Source: Phoronis australis
Taxonomy: Eukaryota; Animalia; Phoronida
Reading direction: 5' to 3'
Length of the DNA stretch: 64,000 nt
NCBI GenBank assembly: GCA_002633005.1
Contig: NMRA01000293.1
Coordinates: 271,198 to 335,197 of the forward strand
Below the pieces are notes generated by a model that saw only the letters and a list, made by a program, of their open reading frames with translations, searched no databases and was not told where the DNA came from. The translations under genes were made by a program, and so were the position numbers. Numbering within the stretch: position 1 is the first letter of the stretch; each line of letters begins with the position of its first letter. Below are positions 25,082 through 38,096 of the stretch, piece after piece.

Positions 25082-26587
25082 AACAAGAGCAACGCAGAGC
25101 GTTGAAATGCCCCCACAATTGCACCGCATACGGTATCCTTCTAGGGTTGTTTATTGGAACCATAAAGTGGCCAGTAGAGGGCATATATGTAGTATGTTGT
25201 ACTTTGCAAAATGGAAAGGCATGGTCATTGTCTCCTCAATAGGCTAGGGGCAAAATGTGAGTGATCTTCATAATACAAGCACATCCTATACACCAGTTTC
25301 TTAAAGCACCACAGAAACATAGAATTAAAAACAAATTTACCAACATACGAGATTAGTACAGCATTAGAATGCCAGAAACAAATTTCTACTTGGAACTTTT
25401 CCTTCATAGTCACGAAGTAACACAAAGTATACACCTGAAGACCTATGAAAATACAGAGGTCAATGTAAAATACTACAATTGCCACTAGAGGCATACCGGT
25501 AGTCAGAATCATCCTTAAGTCGTCATCGTCCGTTGTCAACAACACATAAATACACTTGCTAAATTTAGTAAAGATCCTGCAAACGGTTTGTGAGATACAG
25601 CCATGGGCGCAAAAAAAAACTGCCACTAGGAGGCGCCACAGTAATCAAAGTCATGGGAAATTCAGCGTCAACCGTCCTCTTCATAGTAAGAGCATACATG
25701 CCAATTTTCACAATCATACTTATAGCGGTTTGGTTGATAGAGGGGTGGACGCCAAAAAACAGACTCAAAAACAGTAAAAATGGCCACTGGGTGTCGCAAA
25801 CTAGGTTGAATCCATCCGAAAACAGGAGGATAGCGTCATCGCACTAATAGGTGCCTACATACCAAATTTCATGAAAATCCGTTAAGGACTTGTGAAGATA
25901 CTGAGGTAAACGTAAAAAAAATAAAATTGCCACTAGGGGGCACACTGGTAGGCGGATCCGTCCAAAAGTCGTCATCGTCTGTTGTTAACATAATATAAAT
26001 ACACTTATTAACTTTCGTAACGATCCTGCGAACGGTTTAGGAGATACAGCCATAGGCGCAAAAAAACAAAACTGCCACTAGGAGGTGCCACAGTAGTCCA
26101 AATCGTCTGAAAATCATTGTCAGCTGTCCTCTTTATAGTAAGCACATACACGCCAATTTTCACAATCATCCTTTGAGCGGTTTGGTTGATAGAGGGGTGG
26201 ACGCACAAAAACAGACTCAAAAACACTAAAAATGGCCACTAGGTGGCGCAAACTATGTCGAATCCATCTGAAAACGGCAGGATAGCGTCATCTCACTAAT
26301 AGGTGCCTACATACCAAATTTCATGAAAATCCGTTAGGGACTTTTTAAGATACAAAGGTAAGCGTAAAAAACTAAAATTGCCACTAGGGGGCACACCGGT
26401 AGTCGGATCCGTCCGAAAGTTCGCACATGCCGTCCCATTCATGAATGGAACACGTGTGCCAAATTTCATGAACGTATGTCAAAGGGTTTTGGAGATAAAG
26501 CAGCGGACGCCGGACGGACGCCACCCGGACGGACGGAAGGGGATGACGGCATAATGCGTCCACATATAAATATGTGGGTGCATAAAA
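25082..26587 (+). mobile_element. HINE/DINE-1-like non-autonomous Helentron element with internal ~425-bp repeats
   Basis: Starts AACAAGAG; ends with a (GGAC)n tract, hairpin atgcgtccacata-taaa-tatgtgggtgcat and ATAAAAA; internal duplicated units ~25480-26400; no TSD. Confidence 0.75.
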
Positions 26588-26749
26588 ATGGTTCCAGGTG
26601 ATCAGTGCAATGGGCTCACCTGAGTGGCACGCGCGTGTCTGGTACAACGTGTAACAGACTGCCTGCTATTATTTTTTTTAATACCATTGCTTGATTAGTT
26701 ATGGTTGTATTGTACCTCCCATTGTATTGCATACACACAGGATACTCAC

Positions 26750-26846
26750 TTGGTTGACTACCTGACAGGTATGTTTAATATTAGTCAACACCTTGGCGTA
26801 CACCTTCATCAGTTCGTGTAGTCTCTCAGAGTCATTCTCATTCTCC
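26750..26846 (-). CDS. SZT2: SZT2 exon (ENENDS...IKHTCQVVNQ)
   Basis: CxxVNQ motif; GTGAGT donor; phase 2->0. Confidence 0.88.
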
Positions 26847-27657
26847 CTAGAAACACTATTTGAATTACACGAGACAGGAAATATCCAGATTTACAGTAAT
26901 TCTGTTGTCAAGTCATCATTCAGTTAACTATTCACAATGACAAATGAGCCAATATTCTAGAAATGGAGTCAGAAAATAACATAAAAATGATGTAGAACAT
27001 GAACATAAAAGTATCCCCCAGCCAGTTAATAAGTTAGGCATTTTAAAAGTATGCAGCAGGAATCTTGGTGATTTTATCAGGGTAAGTCAAGCAGGTTGTA
27101 TACATTACTGAACAGAAAAGTGAAACTGGGAAAATCAGAGTGCAATTAACACCAAAGACACTTGTACAAGACAGTACTTTGTACAGTGATACCTGGTGGT
27201 GAGTCACCAAACTGCAGGCAGTGTTCAGCCCTGACAGTAGTAGGAGTTGGACATTCTCAGTTACCTGTAGCGTTTTAAGGTCATGTAGCCTTCGGACACT
27301 ATGCTTTATGAACTGAACTTTCAAAAACGTTGTTATGAATTGTTTTTAAAATGTTCCACTTTTATACGAAGAAGTAACAAGAAATTGGACTTTATAATTT
27401 TTATGAAAAAAATCAAAAGTTAAATAAAACAAATAAATGAAATACTATAAAAACTGCAACGGATTTTTTAGATTCCATCTTGAACATTTGCATCAAACGA
27501 AATTTGTTCATGACATGGATACTACTCTGCTATGAAAGCACCTTATCGCTAAATTTCATTAAAAACACAATGTCATGGTCACATGACCCAATTAATGGCA
27601 GATAATGGCTAAATATACAGACTTGTCGATAAGGAGAAAAAATTATTCCAACAATAC

Positions 27658-27820
27658 CTGGTATGAAAGAACACTTCAACCACGTCATTCTGCAGTCTCA
27701 TGATGAGCCAGAAATCTGGAAGGAGTGGACGCTTAACCGTGTAGTTAGAGGACATGTCAGTCAACGGATTGGTCTCTTCCGACTCACTGTTTCCACTGGA
27801 GTCTCCCTCATAACCAGACA
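27658..27820 (-). CDS. SZT2: SZT2 exon (GYEGDSS...RPLLPDFWLIMRLQNDVVEVFFHTR)
   Basis: Diagnostic LPDFWLI motif; phase 1->2. Confidence 0.94.
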
Positions 27821-28097
27821 CTAAAGGTGACAAGGAGTTAATGACAATTCCACTTCACATTCATGAATCAAACGAAATGAACACTAAAATAAAAAGCATG
27901 ACTCTCAGTGCATCAAGTGAAATGGTACAAATAACAATTCGAGTGAATTGAAAGTATGTGAAACTATCATATGCCGTACTACTCTGTCCCGAACCAATGA
28001 TCACCACGTCCCCCTGTACTGTACGACGTGACCTCTTTCAATTCTGTTAGGTCATCATCAATGTCAATGCCAGACATGCATGGCCGCATTCTTCCTC

Positions 28098-28260
28098 CAG
28101 TCCAAATTTCAGCTGTTTTGTGGCAGCTTACTCTGTTACTCACAAATGACCTACTTTCACAACAAAATCAACCATTTTCAGTCCAAACTTCAGCTGTTTT
28201 AAGGCAGCTTACTCTGTTACTCACAAATGACCTACTTTCACAACAAAATCAACCATTTTC
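28098..28260. repeat. 81-bp tandem duplication
   Basis: cagtccaaa.ttcagctgtttt...aaccatttt occurs twice, near-identical. Confidence 0.92.
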
Positions 28261-28340
28261 CATTCGAATCAACTATTAGTAGGACGACACCTCCCACACT
28301 TCCAATTAAGTATCATCCTTGGAAGTCAGCCAGTTCTTAC

Positions 28341-28694
28341 CTTCTCCAGTACAGCTACCTCGGCTACTACTGAATACACTGGACAACTTCCTCTCCATGT
28401 TACCCACCGGACCCGACACATTTCGTGACCTCACACCCCCTGGTTGAGTACCAGCTGTGGTGGTGGGCCCTGATGAGTGGCGCGAACGTGGCGCAATGGG
28501 TGTGCCACGCAGAGATGCACAAGTGACGGGGGTCTGAGGTGTGCTGGAGTAACGCTTGTGTCGCAAAATTGACTTCAGGGGCAGCAGGTCTTCTCCAACC
28601 GCACGAGTGGAAGGCAGACTCTCTGTGCTAGCAGCTTTCTTGATCTGAACACGGCGTGCATTGAGAGATGACAGGCTGCTCAAGTCGTGGACTC
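28341..28694 (-). CDS. SZT2: SZT2 exon, Ser/Thr/Arg-rich linker
   Basis: Overlaps ORF 28306-28683; canonical sites; phase 1->1. Confidence 0.85.
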
Positions 28695-29426
28695 CTGCAG
28701 AGAAGTGCAGAAGTGCATTTACTAAATCAAACGCTTTCTGGGCTTAACTCCAGTTATTGTACACTGTGTTATGAAAACAAATTCCCCAACTTACATCCAA
28801 AAAACACAACAGGGCTGTCCTGAATTACATGGCAATAGAACTCTCCTTTTTCCTGGAGATAACAAAGCGCATGACCTAGTTTTGGGTATCAGGCACATTT
28901 TCATGTCTCATTGAAGTCGGGAAGGTGAACAATTTCAGATCACACATCCACAGGTATTTGTCCAGTTTATCAAACTTTTTCGCGTTGGAGATGCAAACTC
29001 CATCACAGCAGTAATAATTTCTTGGCTTTGAAAGAATGAATAGATTAATGCAATCAAGACTTGAAAACAATCAGACAACAACAAATAACATGTAAAATTT
29101 CAGTGGCACAAAAACGAGACAGCAAATGTGCCTGACAGATGTTTACGGCATTGTGGGTAAATAGAGCATTATGGGTAAATACAGCGTGATTCAAGTGTCA
29201 TTGTGTAATCTGGGACAACCCTATTAGTATGTACTTTGGTCATAATTTCAAGATCATTTTTATCCCTAGAATGAAAGTAATACTTTTATGTCACTAAATG
29301 AAAACAACCCAAGCGGCTTTTTACTAATAATAGCAACCTCTTTGAATGCATTTCTTACTTATAGGAAAAGAATGTTATGGACACATACTGTCCAACAAAA
29401 TGACTATTGTCTAATCACAACCTTAC

Positions 29427-29676
29427 CCTCTTGTGCAACATTATCATGGGTCGATGGGGCAACAGCTGTCACTGCAGCGCCATCTTCAGAGCCAGCGCTC
29501 CCAGGACGTAACCGGGATAGGAACACGGTCTCCGAATTGACTCGCTTTATGTTTTTTTGCGATTCAGCCACCAGTGATTGACTGGCTGCCTGTAACACTT
29601 CAGATACGCTAGGGTGAACGTCGACAGGTAAGTCTTGCACAGCCAATTTGTCCAGAGACTCCGATTCATCAAGAAT
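29427..29676 (-). CDS. SZT2: SZT2 exon (ILDESESLDKLAVQ)
   Basis: Within ORF 29404-29715; phase 0->1. Confidence 0.83.
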
Positions 29677-30450
29677 CTGCAAAAAATGGGGTGCATTCGT
29701 TATACTCCCAGTCACTGAGGGACAACAATATCGTCTTAAATTGATTATAGTTGCTTGAGTCTATTCAAATATTGTCCCAAAGAGTATCAATCCAGACTGA
29801 AATCATTCAGTATGAAAATACATCCACCCTTTTCTATTTAGTAATGTCTCCAGATGATTTGGTCTACAACTGTTACACAAAATTCATTGAGCTTGAATAC
29901 TACATATTGGCAACTTTTATCAACAAATTTGTTTAAGCTTTAATTTTTGGTGCATACCTTAATTATTCAAGGGTTCACATTACTGAAAAATCTCAACAAA
30001 TTGGGACACACTAAACAATGTAATTTTATCTGCCAGTTTTTTCATGAAAAACAGGCAGCAGCAAATCAACGCACAAATAATTACTGATGGTTTCGATGTA
30101 TTTGTTTCGTAACAAAAATAGAATCTGAAGGATGGTAAGAAATATTTAGGAAATTGATTTGATGAGACTAAATGCAGTAATTCGCTTTTGTTTTTAACCA
30201 GCTAAACAGTAAGACGTGCAGCTTATCTGTAGCACTAAGACTTACATCGTCGCCATTAATAATCCAGGTTAGATCAGCGATTAATAAATTATAATTTAAT
30301 AGAATTGTTACAGTAACTGTCTCTGGATACTTGTAAAGCATCTTGAATCAGAAAAATGAAAAACCACAGGCTCAAGAATATGTTTAATTTTTTATTTCTT
30401 TCTTGTATTTCATTAATAGTATTGCTGTGAATTCATTGCCCACTTCTCAC

Positions 30451-30831
30451 CTGTATTGAGCTGCCACTACTCCTATCATTGTAGCCACCATCTGCATACA
30501 CACTCTGACATTGGTCACGGTCAGGCGTTGGCTCAACCAGACTTATTTTGATCTTGTCTGCTCTGGTGTCCACTGGCGCCATCTGTTGGTCGTCGTCGCC
30601 GCCTAATTCCTCCTCGATCTGTGTAAATGAATTGGTGGTGTTGAACACATCTCCTTCGTACTCATGGTGACAGGCTTCGGATGTTTTATCTGGTGATTGT
30701 TGGTCAGTCAACAGCTCCAGTCTAGATGTCACTGCTAGTAGTGTATTACTGCGCACTCTGTCAGCAACAAGGAAGTAGTAGTCTCCCTCGCGGTTGACAT
30801 GGTAACCAGGCACGTTCATCCGCTCAAACTC
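30451..30831 (-). CDS. SZT2: SZT2 exon (EFERMNVPGYHVNREGDYYFLV)
   Basis: Within ORF 30433-30900; AAG acceptor, GTGAGA donor; phase 0->0. Confidence 0.87.
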
Positions 30832-31253
30832 CTTCAAATAAATCAAGAGCTCAGCAAGAATTCTTGTAAATGAAGACAAACAAGTTCCACGCATGGACAT
30901 TAACCTACAAAATCCTAATTACTCTTTGCTGAAACGAGAAACTCCACCAGGTGTTGATCTATATAAGGTCAAAAAAGCAGATTTGGTTCTGGACTAACCC
31001 AACTCATTTTGAGACATGCGCTCTCACATTTAAAAAATACGCTTGTGTACATTAATTTCAACCAATGTCTCGTTTTTTTTGAAAAGCTGCACAAAGGCAT
31101 GTAAGCAAACTGGCAAGCGAGGTTTGAAACACCATGATTTTCCATGCGATGAGTAATAAATGATTGTCCTTTGTTCATCTCACGTGGACTCTCGTCTTAG
31201 CAAAAGTGAGCAACTAGATGAGAACTAACGAATGCATTTCTGGCCGAATCATA

Positions 31254-31421
31254 GAGACCATGCTCTGAATACAATGACACAATAGGACAAGCCAAGAGAC
31301 CATGCTCTGTACAGAATGGCACAATAGGCCAAGCCAAGAGACCATGCTCTAAACAGAATGGCACAATAGGCCAAGCCAAGAGACCATGCTCTAAACAGAA
31401 TGACACAATAGGCCAAGCCAA
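31254..31421. repeat. Minisatellite, 42-bp unit x4
   Basis: gagaccatgctctaaacagaatggcacaataggccaagccaa repeated. Confidence 0.95.
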
Positions 31422-31619
31422 ATTTGAAGAGCCTGATCTCAAGTAATAACAAACTGTCAGTGCTTTCCAAGCTTTGAAATCATGTCCAGCCTGCCTAATG
31501 AGCAATTTGAGACCAACTTCAAATGGTAATTCATCAAATTGAATATTCTTCGTAATAGTGGAAGAAGGTTGATAGCCACTCTGTGAATGAAGAAGGTTCA
31601 TAGCCCTTCTGTGAATTAC

Positions 31620-31878
31620 CTCTACAAACTTGTCCATGCTTTGCTCCGGGCCGTACACAAAATGTAAAGGTAACTGTTCATATATGCACGTATCTCTCTT
31701 TTGCACATCTTTCACGTGAGTGGCCACAAAGTTCAGTGTCTCTGTCGTAATTGGTGCAGTATTGCGCAGAGCTGATGCCCGCTCGTCTGTCAATAGCCAA
31801 TAAATTTCATCCTTACAAGTTAAAACAGCCTTCTGTTGGAACTCAGGAATGTTATTCAGGGGGTCGCCTGCGAGGAAC
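31620..31878 (-). CDS. SZT2: SZT2 exon (EIYWLLTDE...LHFVYGPEQSMDKFVE)
   Basis: WLLxDE and FVxGPExS motifs; phase 2->0. Confidence 0.92.
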
Positions 31879-32296
31879 CTAAAAATCACAAAAATGTTAA
31901 GACATTCAGGTAGCAAACAGGGAGAACATGCCATCACGAATATATTTCTAACCCCCCCTTCCGTAACATAATTGAATGACTCACATGCAAATGGCAAGTG
32001 ATTACTGACATTCAAGTTACTTGTGCAAAAGATTTAGCACATGTATGATGTATGTGTTACCACAGTACAAAATCACATTCCTTTAACATAGTAGTCTTAA
32101 ATAACATTTGTCCACTGTTCTGCAAACAGATAGTTGTAAAATTCCAGATGGTTGGGAACACCGTCACAAAAATAAACCTGCCAGTCCATGTGAATCGCCT
32201 AATCAGCACTGAAGAACGAACTTTGTGATCACACGAGTTTGCTAACACACACTTCAGCAAATTGAGGTCACTCTAAAAAAGGAAGCTAAGACTAAC

Positions 32297-32522
32297 CCTC
32301 CATCTGATGTCACGCCACTATATGTACTATAAACGTCATCGTAATCAGTTCTGTCGGAGGTCAAACCCATTTCCACATCGTCAACATCAAACGATAGCAA
32401 ACGATCAAAGTTGGGTTTGGCAACTTCGCTATCCATTGGTAGAGTGAGGCAGATGATGTCAAGGGTCACCACAAGGTCATTGAGGTCAATCTCAGGGTCA
32501 CGGATGATGCTTGCTAGTTCTC
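32297..32522 (-). CDS. SZT2: SZT2 exon (IDLNDLVVTLDIICLTLP)
   Basis: VTLDxxxLTLP motif; phase 1->2. Confidence 0.9.
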
Positions 32523-32867
32523 CTGAAAAAACATATGAAAACAAATTTTAAACCTGCCTTAATTTCATTCTGTTTATTTTGAGTTCTTCACTGAAGATTC
32601 AAAAGCAGCAGCTGATCTGTGATGTATTCACAGGAAATTGTCATTGCTGAGTCATGTGACTAACCTATTTTTCCAAATGATTCTTGACCTGTTAAGGTTT
32701 GTATGGTCTTCTTGGTAACAGAAAACAAGTCTTGTCATGGTAAGGGAAATTTTGAGATTGGCCTAATTCATTCTTTTTTTCTTATTGAGCTATCTAAACA
32801 GGGCAAAATGCACCTTAGTTTAAAGGTGTATTTGCATGCCCCTAACTAATGCTAAATGTACAGCTGG

Positions 32868-33195
32868 AACTAAACGACAATGATATTTGAACACCATCTA
32901 TGCTAAACAAAGTGCAGTTGTACTCAGTGACAACTTGCAAATGTGAAAACCAAAAATTCTGCAAAAAGGTGACCTTTGCACTAATGACGTACCTTAGGGG
33001 CTCACATAACCCGCATCACCAATACTTACTGGACAGAGTTCAGTGATATACAGCAGATCATTTTCGACACAAAGCTTGTTCTTGAAACATTTGGCAATTT
33101 TCAACCAACTTCATATTCACAGGGTTGCTATATGTTGTGTTTGAAACTAATTTGACCAAGCAATCACAGAGATAAGGAATTAGCCTCCTAGTTCG
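32868..33195 (+). repeat. Dispersed repeat, copy 2 (see 11751-12100)
   Basis: Colinear similarity to 11751-12100. Confidence 0.85.
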
Positions 33196-33448
33196 ACTTG
33201 GGCTCTCTATCACAGAATATGTAAGAAAATTGATAATAAGACAGGTCACTGAGGACCATATTTTTCAGAGGTCTTTAGGATATCATAATAATCCAATCAA
33301 CTATATCAGCCAATTGTTATGTTTTAACATATCACACTTTAATTATAAAATGATAATATTCGTAACAATAAATGTACACTAAATGTCCATCACATATATG
33401 TTTGATAACTTAAAAACAAATGAAAATTGTCACAGAATTTGAAGACGA

Positions 33449-33708
33449 GTTAGTGTAATACTTGCACAGGGTACATTGAACAACAACAGTCACGTGTTAG
33501 TGTAATACTTGTACAGGGTACAATGAACAACAACACGTGTTAGTGTAATACTTGTACAGGGTACATTGAACAACAACAGTCACGTGTTAGTGTAATACTT
33601 GTACAGGGTACAATGAACAACAACACGTATTAGTGTAATACTTGTAGTGGGTACAATGAACAACAGCACGTATTAGTGTAATACTTGTACAGGGTACAAT
33701 GAACAACA
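33449..33708. repeat. Minisatellite, ~43-47-bp unit x6
   Basis: ttagtgtaatacttgtacagggtacawtgaacaaca repeated. Confidence 0.95.
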
Positions 33709-33740
33709 GTTATAGCACCAGTAACAGCGCTGGTAGTTAC

Positions 33741-33924
33741 CAATGCAAGTTGGTAAGGACTGGACAGCCAATGAATGTGTGTTGAATGTTTTGGTGCGGA
33801 CTGTGCAACTTAGGTGGATGAACAATGGTTGGTCCTCAGAGTCTTCTGAATCAACAGCAAATGACAAGTCCCCGAATGAAGAGCTACGGGACTCTGAACT
33901 GCCAAAGTTGGAATGCACTGAATC
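33741..33924 (-). CDS. SZT2: SZT2 exon (QPLFIHLSCTVR...SLPTCI)
   Basis: PLFxHLxCxV..LPTC motif; phase 0->1. Confidence 0.92.
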
Positions 33925-34499
33925 CTGAAAGCAGATTTTAAGCAGATGAAGTTCAAATCAAAAATCGATATTTATCAAAAAACAATGGGAGTTTCATATT
34001 CAAAATAACTGACAATCCCAGTGATTTGTTTTCATTTCTAAATGTAACGACCCACGGCCCGGCGCCCCAAACTTCCCCCTCCCCCAAAACGTTCAAGCAG
34101 GGATGTACTCTAGACAACTTTGAGCATTTCTTTAAACATGCAAATTAAGGGCGCCATTATGCAAAATTCTGTTTTTGCTTATAATTGCATCACCAAGCAC
34201 TTACAGGTACATTATTTTGAAGTTTCTACCTGTGTCTTTATGGTTATCTCAGTGAATTTAATGAAGCTACACTAGCACTAAACAGATGGCTTGCATTTTG
34301 ACACGAAAATCTCAAAATGCCACAAAATGTTACAGTAATTCCAGGAAAGCAACTTTTGTTACAGAATGTCAACATGTTTCATGGAGATGTTCACACAAAT
34401 CTACAGTGACTACATGGTCTAAACTATCACTCAACTGAAAACGGCCATAACAAATACCTACAACATTCCAGGCACCCAGCTAATCTTAACATAATTTAC

Positions 34500-34613
34500 C
34501 TTATCATGGCTGGAAGGCTTAGTATCCTCATAGTCAGACACAAACATGTCGCTTTCTTCTCCCTCACGACCAGTGCTCAAGTCACCCGCTTGGTCCTCAG
34601 TCTCTGTTTGTTG
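34500..34613 (-). CDS. SZT2: SZT2 acidic exon (QQTETEDQAGDL)
   Basis: Open frame, canonical sites, symmetric phase 0->0 (could be a cassette exon). Confidence 0.75.
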
Positions 34614-34955
34614 CTGCAACAAGAAAACCAAGATGATGACAATGCTAAATGCTAAATGGTTTTAGTGACAAAGAAACATTAATAATTCAGCACGAAGTTC
34701 TTGTGCTTAGTTAATTCTCAAGAACAAATTTTGAATCATGTTCTTCCTGTTTCAGTTTTTATTTTCACTAGAAGAAATGGATGCTAACATTACATATCTG
34801 ATTTTTCCATCCGTACAGTCAAAGATGAGAAATTTTTAAATAGGTTTCATACAAATATATCGAGACAGGATGAACCACAAAAATGTTAACTTTTGACAAA
34901 ACATTGTTTGCTCGTTTGCCTCAACATAATGAACAATAATCAAAAAAATACTAAC

Positions 34956-35160
34956 GCTGGTTGACATTCGGTGCCTGAACGTGGGCGGGCAGTAGAAATA
35001 ATACTTGGGATTGGATGGAATAGGCTTGAAGAATTTCCCAATCACATCGTTGAACTTCTTCTTAATATGGCGGCTATCAGACGACAGACAGTTCCTGTAT
35101 TTAGCCAGCGACGACAGAGGAAACAGAATCATTTGTTTTTTCTTAGCCTCCTCTTCCTCC
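34956..35160 (-). CDS. SZT2: SZT2 exon (IKKKFNDVIGKFFKPIPSNPKYYFYCPP)
   Basis: FxxVPSNPxYYFY motif; phase 2->0. Confidence 0.92.
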
Positions 35161-35191
35161 CTGTAAAAGTTAAAAAGTTAGAGTAAAATTG

Positions 35192-35582
35192 CAGATTTGA
35201 ACTCAGGTGATAGCTATAACAATCAGATTTGAACTCAAGTGATAGCTATAACAATCATATTTGAACTCAAGTGATAGCTATAACAATCAGATTTGAACTC
35301 AGGTGATAGCTATAACAATCAGATTTGAACTCAAGTGACAGCTATAACAATCAGATTTGAACTCAAGTGACAGCTATAACAATCAGATTTGAACTCAAGT
35401 GATAGCTATAACAATCAGATTTGAACTCAAGTGATAGCTATAACAATCAGATTTGAACTCAAGTGATAGCTGTAACAATCAGATTTGAACTCAAGTGATA
35501 GCTATAACAATCAGATTTGAACTCAAGTGATAGCTATAACAATCAGATTTGAACTCAAGTGATAGCTATAACAATCAGATTT
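35192..35582. repeat. Minisatellite, 32-bp unit x~12
   Basis: cagatttgaactcaagtgatagctataacaat, near-perfect copies without spacers. Confidence 0.97.
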
Positions 35583-35791
35583 AGGAGGTTGATTATAAGA
35601 CGTCACCACAATTTCAAAGTGTGAACAGAATGAATGTCTTATATTTAGCCAACAAGCCTCCCACAAACAGACCAACAGTACAATCAGCAAATTTTTAACA
35701 AAGTGTCCCAGGTTCTTAGATTGCTGTCACTAACATCTGAAGTTTTCAATTTGCCAATTTAATTAATATGTTGCGATGCACGTAGCCTCAC

Positions 35792-36044
35792 TTCTTCATT
35801 AACGTCTTGGGATCGAGTTCACTGAAGACAATCCCATCATCCTCCTCTTCTTCCTTGTCTGCTTGCTCCGCCAACTCCGCTACCTTGCGCCTCTCTATGA
35901 CCTTCTGCAGATGACGGCAGACGGTACACAGGAAGTTGGAGGCACTGACCTCTATGGGACGAGATTCTTCACAGATATTGTTGATGGCCGAATCCACATC
36001 GAGAAAGTGGACAGGATTACCAAGCTGAAGACTTTTGTACACAC
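35792..36044 (-). CDS. SZT2: SZT2 exon (VYKSLQ...DSAINNICEE)
   Basis: ORF 35788-36042; phase 1->2. Confidence 0.9.
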
Positions 36045-36292
36045 CTGTAGGTATTTATGACTTGTGTTTAGTTAAATCTTTTGTCCACATTTGTATTAAA
36101 GCAGTTAAGTAATTGCATGTTACAACAAACTTTTCCATCTTTACAGTGTAGTTATTTGTCTTATTATTTTCAAACTGTTCTGTTTTAACACCATTTAAAA
36201 CTGGTCTAAACTAAACACTTCAATGCCATCAAACTGTACTCCACTGTACACAAGACAATCGCAAATATACATCAAAATAGTAAGACATGTAC

Positions 36293-36797
36293 CTTTAACA
36301 AAACACTTTAGGTACATATCTGAGACCAGACTACAGTGGCCATTAAGATAACTCTTATCTGACAACTGGTCGACGGAGATGCTTCGCTCAAATGTGCTCC
36401 TACGCCGTTCAAACCCAGTGAACATGGACTCCGTCTCTGACACACTGAGGCGCTGTGTGTCTTCCTGAAACTCTGCTGACTCCACACCAAAAGTGTAGTC
36501 CTTGACAATGTCCTTGGGATGTTGATACGTGTGCTCATAGATGAAGCTTCCAGTGATGTGTGACAAGCAACAATGGTACACATAGATGGGTAGGGTAAAA
36601 CAACCTCGCTCAGGAGATCTATCAGTTTCCTGGTCAGCCGAACTGTCATTAGCATCCTGCTCAGTGTCTGGGTGGTCGGTTGGCTGGTTTTTCTGAGAAG
36701 TGCCAGGCCGTTCCAGGTCAGCTTCAATTTTTGAAGTTAATGCTTCATCTGACTTCATAACACTATGAGACACTGCATTTCCAGATTCACTTGCTTT
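36293..36797 (-). CDS. SZT2: SZT2 exon (LPIYVYHCCL...MYLKCFVK)
   Basis: Overlaps ORF 36195-36773; PxYxYxC motif; phase 0->1. Confidence 0.9.
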
Positions 36798-37338
36798 CTA
36801 AAAATACAAGAAACAAAAAACATGTCATATACAATGTAAGGAATATACAACCACAAAAACAAGGTGCATGGATACAAGAGGTTGGAAATCATAAGCCCCT
36901 TTGATCAATTCTCAAAATTTAACCAATTTGATCGCGTGAAATTTGTAAGTTTGCTCTAAGCATGCCAATTTTCGAGTAGACTACAGATAAAAGTTTGGTG
37001 GTCACAGGTCAAATTGACGGTCAGTTGCTATAAAGTTTTGTGGCAAGATGCTTCTACATACCCTGTTTTGGAGTTCCATCATCTCCAGAGCACACAAGAA
37101 AAACAGATAATGCTTAAACAATGTTTCGGAAAATGATCAATGTTGCAGAAAAAGACAGTATGTTCCAAGACATAGCAACTGATACCTTGCTCACAACCGA
37201 TTCATTTTTCCAGCACACCTTAATGAGAAATCCTCTGTTGAAAGCTAATTGTAACTGCCGTAACACGCCTCATGAACAACACAACTCACACACACGTGAG
37301 CACAACTCCTCAGTCATGAATACAGCTTACTGAGCTCA

Positions 37339-37890
37339 CAGGCTTACATCCATTAACAAACATAGGTCATGTACCATAAACATGGCTTTGGAAGCAGTAA
37401 AATCATGGCTCACAGACTCACATCCACTAACATAGCTCATGTACCATAAACATGGATTTGGAACTGGTAAAATCATGGCTTACTGACTCACATCCACTAA
37501 CATAGCTCATGTACCATAAACATGGATTTGGAACTGGTAAAATCATGGCTCACAGACTCACATCCACTAACATAGCTCATGTACCATAAACATGGATTTG
37601 GAACTGGTAAAATCATGGCTTACTGACTCACATCCACTAACATAGCTCATGTACCATAAACATGGATTTGGAAGCAGTAAAATCATGGCTTACTGACTCA
37701 CATCCACTAACATAGCTCATGTACCATAAACATGGATTTGGAACTGGTAAAATCATGGCTTACAGACTCACATCCACTAACATAGCTCATGTACCATAAA
37801 CATGGATTTGGAACTGGTAAAATCATGGCTTACTGACTCACATCCACTAACAAATGTGACTCATGTACCATAAACATGGTTTTGGAACTA
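37339..37890. repeat. Minisatellite, 60-bp unit x~9
   Basis: gactcacatccactaacatagctcatgtaccataaacatggatttggaactggtaaaatcatggct repeated. Confidence 0.97.
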
Positions 37891-38096
37891 AAAAAATCCC
37901 AGCTCACTGGCCTTTACTACCCATACATGCCTTTGCTAGTGAATGTATCTATGAAGCCTGCTTTTTAATTGCATAAGCCTCGTTCAGTGAGTGTGGGCAT
38001 GAGCCTGTGAGACAATGAAGTGAGTTTACAGGTTCACCCCTCAGGCACTATGACAGTCCAATAACACCTCTTACACTACATCACAAAATGGCTGAC

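Noticed and set aside
27980-28112. Coding-looking minus-strand stretch (IDIDDDLTELKEV) as a possible cassette exon
   Set aside because: Weak acceptor, no convincing phase-1 donor before the stop, and the flanking exons already join in frame.
31197-32015. 272-aa ORF, the longest in the window
   Set aside because: Only 31620-31878 is an SZT2 exon; the rest is read-through into intron and an in-frame 42-bp minisatellite.
35192-35582. 32-bp repeats resembling a CRISPR array in unit length
   Set aside because: The units are contiguous with no unique spacers, there are no cas genes, and the context is a eukaryotic intron.
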